DNA of 36,224 bases from a virus. Lineage: Duplodnaviria; Caudoviricetes. Shown one piece after another: positions 16,246 through 23,827 of the stretch. Where the stretch lies: IMG/VR virus record IMGVR_UViG_3300024038_000030, positions 1 through 36,224 of that record, one strand, 5' to 3'. Under the pieces are notes generated by a model. It was not told the DNA's origin. It worked only from the letters and a program-made list of their open reading frames with translations, and searched no databases. How positions within the stretch are numbered: the stretch's first letter is position 1; every line of letters starts with the position of its first letter. Both the position numbers and the translations under genes were made by a program.

Positions 16246-16456
16246 AGACTGGGAGAGCAAGGGCGAGGTTCAGTGGGATGATTACGGGTTCAAATTCAAG
16301 TCGGATCAACAGATCTACTGGTTGAGCGGCGCGCGCGCCAGCGGTGAGTTCACGATCGATGTAACGCGAGATGCTGCGTCCGGAAAGATCGATGCAACAA
16401 AGCTGCTTGGGCAGGTAATGAAGATCAAAGCGGAACTGCTTAAACTCATGTCATGA
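16241..16456 (+). pseudogene. Orphan 3' gene fragment (VKDWESKGEVQWDDYGFKFK...LLKLMS) coupled to the membrane gene
   Basis: Protein-like open frame with no RBS/start; its stop overlaps next ATG (ATGA); composition more AT-rich than phage core. Confidence 0.5.
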
Positions 16457-17010
16457 AGCGTCGACTCACCACGAGCGGTTTGATGTTCGCGGCTCTCTTG
16501 GTCGTGTCCATTGCAGTGTTTTTTTGGGCTCCGGCTATCCATTTCTCGGGGACACAGTGGCCTTTGTACGAGGCCCTCCGCACGACTGCCGCCATCATTT
16601 TTGCCGTTGTCGGAGCATGGATTGCCATCGCTTTCCCTGAGCGGCTGCGCCTGATGCCTGGCGGTGTGGATTCGAGGGCGGGTGTCAGCGAACGCTTTCT
16701 TGATCTGTTCGAGCCCGTCGTCCATTCAACGGTCACCCTGTGCGTGATCTTGTTAATTGGCGTAGTGGCGCCGATAGCGAAGGGGATGAATTTTTCGCCG
16801 CCCACGATGGCAATTCTTAGCCGCGCATCGTTCGCACTGTTGGTACTCTTGACGTTGTGGCAGGTGTGGACGGTAGTTCTCACGCTCCGGCCAGCGGATA
16901 TGCTCAAGTCGGCTATGGATCAGGATGTCTCCGCGGCCCGGTCACGCGATGCACTTCGAGGGCTTGGCTCCGTCGAGCAGCCTGAAAAGGATGATGCGGA
17001 CACCTTTTAG
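16453..17010 (+). CDS. Multi-pass (about 4 TM) membrane protein, moron
   Basis: Four hydrophobic segments; 'YEALRTTAAIIFAVVGAWIAIAFPERL'; atypical codon usage. Confidence 0.75.
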   Translation: MKRRLTTSGLMFAALLVVSIAVFFWAPAIHFSGTQWPLYEALRTTAAIIFAVVGAWIAIAFPERLRLMPGGVDSRAGVSERFLDLFEPVVHSTVTLCVILLIGVVAPIAKGMNFSPPTMAILSRASFALLVLLTLWQVWTVVLTLRPADMLKSAMDQDVSAARSRDALRGLGSVEQPEKDDADTF

Positions 17011-17050
17011 CGTCCGCTAAAAGACCGGCTGCCGTCCGTGCCGCGACGAT
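17004..17050 (+). promoter_or_regulatory. Putative activator-dependent late promoter (lysis operon)
   Basis: Palindrome CTTTTAGCG-tc-CGCTAAAAG (17004-17023); -10-like GACGAT 17045-17050; same element at 25605. Confidence 0.7.
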
Positions 17051-17056
17051 CGCGGC

Positions 17057-17419
17057 ATGGACATTCCTTCCCTCTGGCAGTCGATCCGCACCCGCTTCGC
17101 GGCCTTTGTCGCGTCAGCGCTTCCCACCCTGCGCGACAAGCTGCGCGGCACAGCGCTGCTCGCCATCGCGCTGCTGCTGCTCCTGCTCATCGCTCAGCCG
17201 AACGCGCTCATCGACTACCCGCAGCCGGTCAAGAACGGCCTGCTCGCCTGGCTGGTGTGCAAGCTGGCGATCGCCGCCTATCTCGGCTACTGGTTCGACC
17301 GGCTGCTGCATCCCAAGTCGCGGCCCGGTTCGCTCAAGGACATCGAACGCATGGCCGCGGAAAAGCGCCGCGCGTTCATCGTCTGCGCGACGATCCTCGC
17401 GGCGGGGTTCTTCCAGTGA
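17057..17419 (+). CDS. Putative 2/3-TM holin
   Basis: 'AYLGYWFDRLLHPKSRP...RRAFIVCATIL' motif; precedes endolysin. Confidence 0.8.
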   Translation: MDIPSLWQSIRTRFAAFVASALPTLRDKLRGTALLAIALLLLLLIAQPNALIDYPQPVKNGLLAWLVCKLAIAAYLGYWFDRLLHPKSRPGSLKDIERMAAEKRRAFIVCATILAAGFFQ

Positions 17420-18141
17420 TCCGTCGCGCTGCACAGTTGGCGTTCGTGGCGTTGAGCTTCGTGGGCTTCCTCACGGCCGTGCTGCTCGCTTTCGTCATTG
17501 TCATTTACGTGTTCATCGCGACGCTTCATCGCACCGGCCTGATCGCGTCGGCGAGCGCTGCGGAAGTCGCACCGCCGCCGGAGCGCATCGTCGTGCCGGC
17601 CACCTCGTACCTGTACCGCTTCAAGTTGCAGCGCGAGGTTGTCGCCCGCTTCGGCGAGCCGAGCAGTCTCGCGCGCATCGCCGCGCAGGTGCACCAGGAA
17701 AGCCTCTGGCGCGCCGACGCGCGCAGCCCGTACGCAGAAGGCCTGGCGCAATTCACGCCGGCCACTGGCGCCTGGCTCTCGAAAGACGTCTGCCCCGAGA
17801 TCGGACCGCCCGATCCCTGGTCTGCGGACTGGAGCGTGCGCGCCGTCGTCTGCTACGACGCGTGGCTCTACGCACGCGTCGCGGATGCGGCGACGCCGTG
17901 CGACCGCTGGGCGTTCGCGTTCGGCAGCTACAACGGGGGCCTGGCCAATCTCCAGCGCGATCAGCGCCGGGCGTCAGCCAAGGGGGCTGATCCTGCCCGG
18001 TGGTTCGATCATGTTGAGCGGTTCTCGGCGCGCGCGCGCTGGGCGTTCGTCGAGAACCGCAATTACGTGCGGCGCATCCTCACGCTGCTGGAACCCGCAT
18101 ACCTCGCCGCCGGCTGGTCCGGCACGGCGGTGTGCGCGTGA
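17416..18141 (+). CDS. Endolysin, SLT lytic transglycosylase with N-terminal signal-anchor
   Basis: 'AAQVHQESLW', 'AEGLAQFTPAT', 'SYNGG', 'ENRNYVRRI'; N-terminal TM; GTGA coupling. Confidence 0.9.
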   Translation: MIRRAAQLAFVALSFVGFLTAVLLAFVIVIYVFIATLHRTGLIASASAAEVAPPPERIVVPATSYLYRFKLQREVVARFGEPSSLARIAAQVHQESLWRADARSPYAEGLAQFTPATGAWLSKDVCPEIGPPDPWSADWSVRAVVCYDAWLYARVADAATPCDRWAFAFGSYNGGLANLQRDQRRASAKGADPARWFDHVERFSARARWAFVENRNYVRRILTLLEPAYLAAGWSGTAVCA

Positions 18142-18569
18142 CGCGCGCCGTCGCCATCGTCGTTGCCGTGCTCGCGCTCATGGCCGCGAGCGCCTTCGCC
18201 GGCTGGTCGTGGCGCGGCGAGCGCGCGCAGACCGCCGCGACCGACGCGGCTGCGCAGGTCGCCACGTGCGTGTCCGGCGCGTCCGCCGCGGAGGTCGCCA
18301 ACGCGGCGCTCGCCGGTCGCATCGACGCCTGGCGCACCGAGCACGACAAGCGCCTTGCCGCGGCGGAAGCCGCCATTGCCGATCGCCCCGCGGCGGTCGA
18401 GCGCATCCAGACCCGCGCCCGCGAGCGCACCGAATCCCTTGCACGAGCCCGACATGAAGACCCCGCCTGCGCTGCGCTGGCCACTCTGCCTGTTTGTCCT
18501 GCTGTCGCTCGCCAGTTGTGGCCTGCGCGCGAACAAGCCGGCGGTAGTGACGCGCCCCGTCACGATTGA
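18138..18569 (+). CDS. i-spanin (Rz-like)
   Basis: N-terminal TM, Ala-rich helical domain, C-terminal Cys; overlaps lipoprotein gene. Confidence 0.7.
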   Translation: MTRAVAIVVAVLALMAASAFAGWSWRGERAQTAATDAAAQVATCVSGASAAEVANAALAGRIDAWRTEHDKRLAAAEAAIADRPAAVERIQTRARERTESLARARHEDPACAALATLPVCPAVARQLWPAREQAGGSDAPRHD

Positions 18570-18783
18570 AGTGCCGGTGATCGCGTACCGGCCGCTGCCG
18601 GACGCGCTCACCGCACCGCTCATGAAGCCGCCGGCACCGCCGGCGCTGTGTTTTCTGGACGGCCAGTCGTTCGTCTGCGCGCTCGATGCACTCGCGCTGC
18701 TGCCGGCCTACGACGCGATCGTGGACATGTGCAACGCGGACCGCGCGCGCGCCGCGCTGTTGGGGCGCACCGATGGCCAGTAG
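18454..18783 (+). CDS. o-spanin (Rz1-like lipoprotein)
   Basis: Lipobox 'LLSLAS-C', Pro-rich 'PLPDALTAP', 'CNADRA'; overlapped with Rz-like gene. Confidence 0.8.
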   Translation: MKTPPALRWPLCLFVLLSLASCGLRANKPAVVTRPVTIEVPVIAYRPLPDALTAPLMKPPAPPALCFLDGQSFVCALDALALLPAYDAIVDMCNADRARAALLGRTDGQ

Positions 18784-18973
18784 CCGAACCTGGACCGACG
18801 AGCTGTGCAACCGCTGGGACAGCGAGGCCAGCGGCCTGGAACGGCTCGCCGAGCTGCCCAACGCCGACTATTCCGCCGTCGATCGCAAGCTCATGAACAT
18901 GCATGCGCGCATCAAGCGCGCCTGCGCGCAGGAGCTGCGCCTGGAATCGAGGAAATTGCGCCGTGGTGGATGA
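18773..18973 (+). CDS. Small hypothetical protein (66 aa)
   Basis: Overlaps neighbours in late operon; phage-like codon usage. Confidence 0.6.
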   Translation: MASSRTWTDELCNRWDSEASGLERLAELPNADYSAVDRKLMNMHARIKRACAQELRLESRKLRRGG

Positions 18974-19181
18974 CGTGGAGCGCGGACAGGAGCGCGAGCA
19001 GCTCGATCGCGACGCGGCGCTGGACGCATGGCGCCGCAAGGCGGCGAGCGCGCCCTCCGGTATCGGCGCGTCGGAATGCATCCGCTGCGGCGAGCCGATC
19101 GATCCGCGCCGCCGCGCGGCGGTGCCGGGCGCGGAGCGCTGCGCCGAATGTCAGGGGACGTGGGAGAAATACGGTGCTTGA
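18966..19181 (+). CDS. TraR/DksA C4-type zinc-finger protein
   Basis: 'D..ERGQERE', 'CIRCGEPIDPRRRAAVPGAERCAECQ'; GTG start 18963 or 18966. Confidence 0.88.
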   Translation: MDDVERGQEREQLDRDAALDAWRRKAASAPSGIGASECIRCGEPIDPRRRAAVPGAERCAECQGTWEKYGA

Positions 19182-19599
19182 AGTCGATTGGGTTTTCGTC
19201 GCGGCGATCGTTGCCGCCACCTGCGCGGTGATCGCCGCGGCGGTGTGCGTCGGCGTGTGGCGCCGCGTGCGCTCGCTCGACGTCGTCGGACAGCAGATCA
19301 TCGACGGCGATGCTGCGGTGAAACGGCACGCCGAGGAATCGCTCGAAGAGATCCGCGAGCGCGTCGGCGAAATGGGCAACGCGCTCGCCCGCATCGAGAC
19401 GCGCCAGGCCGAGGACGAGAAGCACGTCCTGCGCGCCAAGGATCTCGGCGCCATCCACGAAAAGATCAACCGCCTGGCGGAAGACCTCGCCGCCACGCGC
19501 GCGCAGTCCATCACGCAGAGCCAGATGATCGGCGAGCAGCTGCGCGTTCTGCAGCGCCTCATGCAAGACAACCTCGCCGGCCACCGCAGGAGCCGCTGA
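19174..19599 (+). CDS. Mu gp25-like (DUF2730-like) TM + coiled-coil protein
   Basis: N-terminal TM, 'LARIE...KDLGAIHEKINRL'; position before gp26/gp27-like genes. Confidence 0.6.
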   Translation: MLEVDWVFVAAIVAATCAVIAAAVCVGVWRRVRSLDVVGQQIIDGDAAVKRHAEESLEEIRERVGEMGNALARIETRQAEDEKHVLRAKDLGAIHEKINRLAEDLAATRAQSITQSQMIGEQLRVLQRLMQDNLAGHRRSR

Positions 19600-19600
19600 C

Positions 19601-19891
19601 ATGAACCTCACCGAACAGACCATGCCCTACCGCCGCGGCCGCATTCTCGCGCTGCTGCGCGCGAGCAACGACACCGGCATGTCCGAACCGCTTCTGCGGC
19701 AAACGCTGCGCAGCTTCGGCTACAAGACCGACGCCGATACCTTCGCCATCGACATCGCCTGGCTCTCGCGTCACGGCCTGCTCGTGCAGCGCGACGTCGC
19801 GGGTGTGCTGTTCGTGCGCATCACGGAACGCGGTCGCGACGTCATCACGGGCGACCTCGACTTCCCCGGCGTGCAGCTCATCGAGGACTGA
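19601..19891 (+). CDS. Mu gp26-like winged-helix protein
   Basis: 'RRGRILALL', 'IAWLSRHGLL', 'ITERGRDV..G....PGV'. Confidence 0.8.
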   Translation: MNLTEQTMPYRRGRILALLRASNDTGMSEPLLRQTLRSFGYKTDADTFAIDIAWLSRHGLLVQRDVAGVLFVRITERGRDVITGDLDFPGVQLIED

Positions 19892-19895
19892 CGCC

Positions 19896-20060
19896 ATGAA
19901 GCCGAAGAAGCCCGTGCGCCACCGCTTGCCATCGCATCGCGCGCTGCCGTTGTCGATTCGCGCGGCGCTGCGCGATCCGCCGACGTGCGCGGAGCGGTCG
20001 ACAGAAGTCATTCGCGCCTTCCTGCTGTGGGCGTTTGCCGGCCTGCTGCCGGAGGCATGA
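19896..20060 (+). CDS. Small hypothetical protein (54 aa)
   Basis: GAGGA RBS; fills gap; ATGA coupling to next gene. Confidence 0.45.
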   Translation: MKPKKPVRHRLPSHRALPLSIRAALRDPPTCAERSTEVIRAFLLWAFAGLLPEA

Positions 20061-20620
20061 CGATGGCCCGCCCCTCGACCATCGCGCGCCTGCCGCAGGA
20101 ACTCGCGGACCTGTGCCATCGCCTCATCCGCGAAGGCAAGACCATCCACGAGATCACCGACAAGCTCAACGAGCTGGACGCGGACGTTTCCAAGTCCGCG
20201 GTCGGCCGCTACGTGAAGAGCGCGCGCGAGCAGATGACGCGCTTCCGCGAGGCACAGGAAGTTGCCGGCCGCTGGGTCGCCGAGCTGGGCGAGCACAGCA
20301 AGGGCGACGTCGCCACGCTGTGCCAGCAGATGCTCACCGGCATTGCCTACCAGACGCTCGACCAGGTCGCGCAGACGCAGCTCGACGGCACCGCGCCGGA
20401 CGGCAAGCCCGCCAAGCCGGTGAAGGCGATGGACCTGATGCTGTTCGCCAAGGCGCTCGAATCGCTGGAGTCGAGCACCAAGCGCAGCATCGAGCGTCGC
20501 GAAAAGATCGAGCGCGCCGCCATCGAGCGCGCGGCGAAGAAGGCCGGCGAGGTCGGCGAACGCGTCGGCCTGTCGCAAGCCACGATCGACGAAATCCAGA
20601 AGGAGCTGCGGCTGCTGTGA
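20057..20620 (+). CDS. Mu gp27-like (DUF3486) putative terminase small subunit
   Basis: 'RPSTIARLP', 'VSKSAVGRY', 'GLSQATIDEIQKEL'. Confidence 0.85.
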   Translation: MTMARPSTIARLPQELADLCHRLIREGKTIHEITDKLNELDADVSKSAVGRYVKSAREQMTRFREAQEVAGRWVAELGEHSKGDVATLCQQMLTGIAYQTLDQVAQTQLDGTAPDGKPAKPVKAMDLMLFAKALESLESSTKRSIERREKIERAAIERAAKKAGEVGERVGLSQATIDEIQKELRLL

Positions 20621-20826
20621 GAACGAACACGCTCGCCATCGCGCTCGCGCTCGCCGCCGGCGGCATCTCTTCCATTGCCGAGCCGCTCGACGCCATCGTC
20701 GCGGGTGATGCGTACTACCCGCGCGCGAGTCGCCGTCTGCGTCCAGCCAACGGCGCGCCGAAGAGCCGCTCGAAAGCGAAGCGCGAAAAGCGTCGCGCGG
20801 AGCGCAAGGCACGCCATCGGCGATGA
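20617..20826 (+). CDS. Small protein with hydrophobic N-terminus and very basic C-terminus
   Basis: GTGA and ATGA coupling on both sides; AAGGAG RBS. Confidence 0.55.
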   Translation: MRTNTLAIALALAAGGISSIAEPLDAIVAGDAYYPRASRRLRPANGAPKSRSKAKREKRRAERKARHRR

Positions 20827-22250
20827 GTGCGAGCCTTTCCACCTACTTCATGCCGTACCAGATCGCATGGCTGCGCGATCAGTCGCGCCTGAAGATCGTC
20901 GAGAAGTCGCGCCGCGTCGGCTTCACCTACGTGCAGAGCTACGAGGACATGCTCGACGCCGCGCGCGCCGACAACCCGCTCGACGTGTGGTTCTCCTCGG
21001 CCGATGAGTCCGCCGCGAAGGAATACATCCGCTACGTCGCGCAGTGGGCGCGCATCTTCAAGATCGCCGCCACCGACCTCGGCGAGACGGTCATCAGCCG
21101 CGACGACGACATCAAGGCGCTCACCGTCGAGTTCGCCACCGGCCGGCGCATCAACGCGCTCACCTCGAACCCGAAGGCATTTCGTTCGAAGGGCGGCAAG
21201 CTCGTGCTCGACGAGTTCGCCTTCCACGCCGACCAGGAAGCGATGTGGAAGGCCGCGCGCCCGATCATCACCTGGGGATTCCCGGCGCGCATCCTGTCCA
21301 CCTACAACGGCAAGGGCAATCGCTACTACCGCATGGTGAGCGAGGCGAAGAAGGCGATCGCCGAAGGCCGCAAGCCGCTGTGGAACCTGCACACCGTCAC
21401 GATCGTCGACGCGGTAAACGACGGCCTCGCCGATCGCATCCTCGGCCGCAAGCTCACCGACGCCGAACGCCAGGCATGGATCGACGCCGAGCGCGAGAGC
21501 TGCGGCGACGAGGACACCTGGCAGCAGGAGTACATGTGCAACCCCGTCGACGAGGCGTCGGCCTGGTTGTCGTGGGAGCAGATCACCGCGTGCGAGTCGG
21601 CCGAGGCCGGCAACATCGCGCACCTGGAAAAGGTCGGCGAGTGCTACGTCGGTTGGGACGTCGCGCGCACGCAGGACAAGTCCGTCATCTGGGTCGTGCA
21701 GCGCGTCGGCGATGTGTTCTGGACGCGCTCCGTTCACACCATGAAACGCACCACCTTCGCCGAGCAGCTCGACGTGTTCGACCGCTGCATGCGCTTGTTC
21801 AGCGCGCGCCGCGCCTGCATCGACAAGACGGGCCTGGGCATGCCGATCGTCGAAGAGGCGCAGCGGCGCTGGGGCGAGTACCGCGTCGAAGGCGTCACGT
21901 TCTCCGGCGAGGTCAAGCAACACCTGGCCACGACCGGCAAGCAGCTGTTCGAGGACAAGCGCGTGCGCATCCCCGTGAGCCGCGACATCCGCGACAGCCA
22001 CCACGCCGTACGCAAGATGACGACCGCCGCCGGCAACGCGCGCTTCGACGCCGACCGCAACGAATCCGGTCACGCGGATGAGTTCTGGGCGCACATGCTC
22101 GCACTGCATGCCGGCGAGACGAACGCGCAACCGGCAGCCGGCGCCACGGTGGAAGCCACCGAGGCCGACCGCCTTCCCGAAGGCATGCTCGGCCGTCGCC
22201 GGGCCTCGATGTTCGGATCGCGCACAGAACGCGCCACAGGCGATTCCTGA
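20823..22250 (+). CDS. terL: Terminase large subunit (Mu gp28-like)
   Basis: 'EKSRRVGFT', 'LVLDEFAFH', 'STYNG', nuclease 'VGWDVAR', 'IDKTGLG', 'HADEFWA'. Confidence 0.93.
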   Translation: MSASLSTYFMPYQIAWLRDQSRLKIVEKSRRVGFTYVQSYEDMLDAARADNPLDVWFSSADESAAKEYIRYVAQWARIFKIAATDLGETVISRDDDIKALTVEFATGRRINALTSNPKAFRSKGGKLVLDEFAFHADQEAMWKAARPIITWGFPARILSTYNGKGNRYYRMVSEAKKAIAEGRKPLWNLHTVTIVDAVNDGLADRILGRKLTDAERQAWIDAERESCGDEDTWQQEYMCNPVDEASAWLSWEQITACESAEAGNIAHLEKVGECYVGWDVARTQDKSVIWVVQRVGDVFWTRSVHTMKRTTFAEQLDVFDRCMRLFSARRACIDKTGLGMPIVEEAQRRWGEYRVEGVTFSGEVKQHLATTGKQLFEDKRVRIPVSRDIRDSHHAVRKMTTAAGNARFDADRNESGHADEFWAHMLALHAGETNAQPAAGATVEATEADRLPEGMLGRRRASMFGSRTERATGDS

Positions 22251-22354
22251 CCCCGGAGCGCCGCAATGCCCCATCCAAAGAACCCGACCCGCTTTGCAAA
22301 ACGATTCTGCGCGTTCTCGGCCCGTCCGAGGGGCGCTTCCCGGAGTGAAACCCC

Positions 22355-23821
22355 ATGAGCCTGCTCGAACGCCTCGTTTCGGTCTTCCGCCCGGCCGCGC
22401 CGCCGCCCGTCGAACAACCGCTGCGCGAAGCCGCCGGCGCGACGGTCGACGCCGACGACGACCAGTGGCGCCGCCTCACCGGCGACGGCAACCGCGACCT
22501 GGCGCCGATGACCCACATGCGCATGCAGAAGCTCGCGCATTTCCTGTGGGAATCGAACCTGCTCGCCAACCGTCTGGTCGAGCTGCCCGTCGCCTACCTG
22601 CTTTCGCAGGGCGTGAAGATCGTCATCGACGACGAGGACGCACAGGCCGCGCTCGATGCGCACTGGCGCGACGGCCTCAACGCGTGGAAGGCCAAGCTCC
22701 CCAAGCGCGTGCGCGAACTCGGCCTGTTCGGCGAGCAGTGCTATCCCGTGTTCCGCAACGAAACCACGGGCTTCGTGCGTGTGGGCTATCTCGACCCCGC
22801 GCTCATCGAAACCGTCGTGGTCGACCCGGACAACAGCGAGCAGCCGATCGGCATCGTCACGCGCAAGAACGCCAGGGGCGTCGCGCGGCGTTATCGCGTC
22901 ATCGTTAACGTGCCCGAAACCGCGTTCGGCGAGACGGCGCAGAAAATCCGCACGACATTCACGACCGGCGATTGCTTCTACTTCCGCGTCAACGACCTCT
23001 CCAGCGCCACGCGCGGCCGCAGCGACCTGCTCGCGCAGATGGACTGGCTCGATGCCTACGACACGTTCCTCTTCGGCGAGGTCGATCGCGCCGCGGCGCT
23101 GCGCGCCTACTTCTTCGACGTGACGCTCAACGGGGCCACGCCGGAGGAAGTGAACGAGCGCGCCCGCAAGATCACGCCGCCGCGGCCGGGCGGCGTGCGC
23201 GTCCACAACGAGAACGAAAACTGGAAGGCCGAGGCGCCGTCGCTCAACGCGTACGACGCCGCGCAAGCCGCGCGCCTCATCCGCAACCACATGCTCGGTG
23301 GCGCCACGGTGCCGGAGCACTGGTACGGCGGCGCCGAGGACGTGAACAAGTCCACCGGCAGCAGCATGACCGAGCCGACCGAGAAGATGCTCGACATGCG
23401 CCAGCAGGTCGTCGGCGACATGCTCGCCTGCGTCGGCGAATACGTCGTGCGCGCGCACTGGGGCGTGCTCGACGACGAGGTGCCAAAGGACAAGGCGGCG
23501 CTGCTCGCGACGCTGCACGTGGAATGGCCAGAGCTGACCGCGAAGGACACCACGAAGTACGCCTCGGCGCTGCAACAGATCACCGCGGCCGTGGCGCAGC
23601 TCATCGCCGAAGGGCTTCTGTCACGCGAAACGGCCTTGCGCATGGTGGCAGCGATGGCCGCGCGCCTGGGCGTGGAGTTCGACGTCGAAGACGAGCTGAA
23701 GACGGCGCAGGAAGAACTTGCCGAGCGTGGCGGCGACGACCTCGACGGCCTCAACCCGAACCCGCCGCCAAATGGCGCGCCGCCGCCGGCGCCCGCGCCG
23801 GCAGAAGAGGTCGCCGAGTAA
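22355..23821 (+). CDS. Portal protein
   Basis: 488 aa directly after TerL; 'RELGLFGEQ', 'RGRSDL', 'VPEHWYGG'. Confidence 0.8.
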   Translation: MSLLERLVSVFRPAAPPPVEQPLREAAGATVDADDDQWRRLTGDGNRDLAPMTHMRMQKLAHFLWESNLLANRLVELPVAYLLSQGVKIVIDDEDAQAALDAHWRDGLNAWKAKLPKRVRELGLFGEQCYPVFRNETTGFVRVGYLDPALIETVVVDPDNSEQPIGIVTRKNARGVARRYRVIVNVPETAFGETAQKIRTTFTTGDCFYFRVNDLSSATRGRSDLLAQMDWLDAYDTFLFGEVDRAAALRAYFFDVTLNGATPEEVNERARKITPPRPGGVRVHNENENWKAEAPSLNAYDAAQAARLIRNHMLGGATVPEHWYGGAEDVNKSTGSSMTEPTEKMLDMRQQVVGDMLACVGEYVVRAHWGVLDDEVPKDKAALLATLHVEWPELTAKDTTKYASALQQITAAVAQLIAEGLLSRETALRMVAAMAARLGVEFDVEDELKTAQEELAERGGDDLDGLNPNPPPNGAPPPAPAPAEEVAE

Positions 23822-23827
23822 AGCGCG

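Noticed and set aside
18966-19181. TraR/DksA zinc finger as a novelty
   Set aside because: Common in temperate phage late or accessory regions
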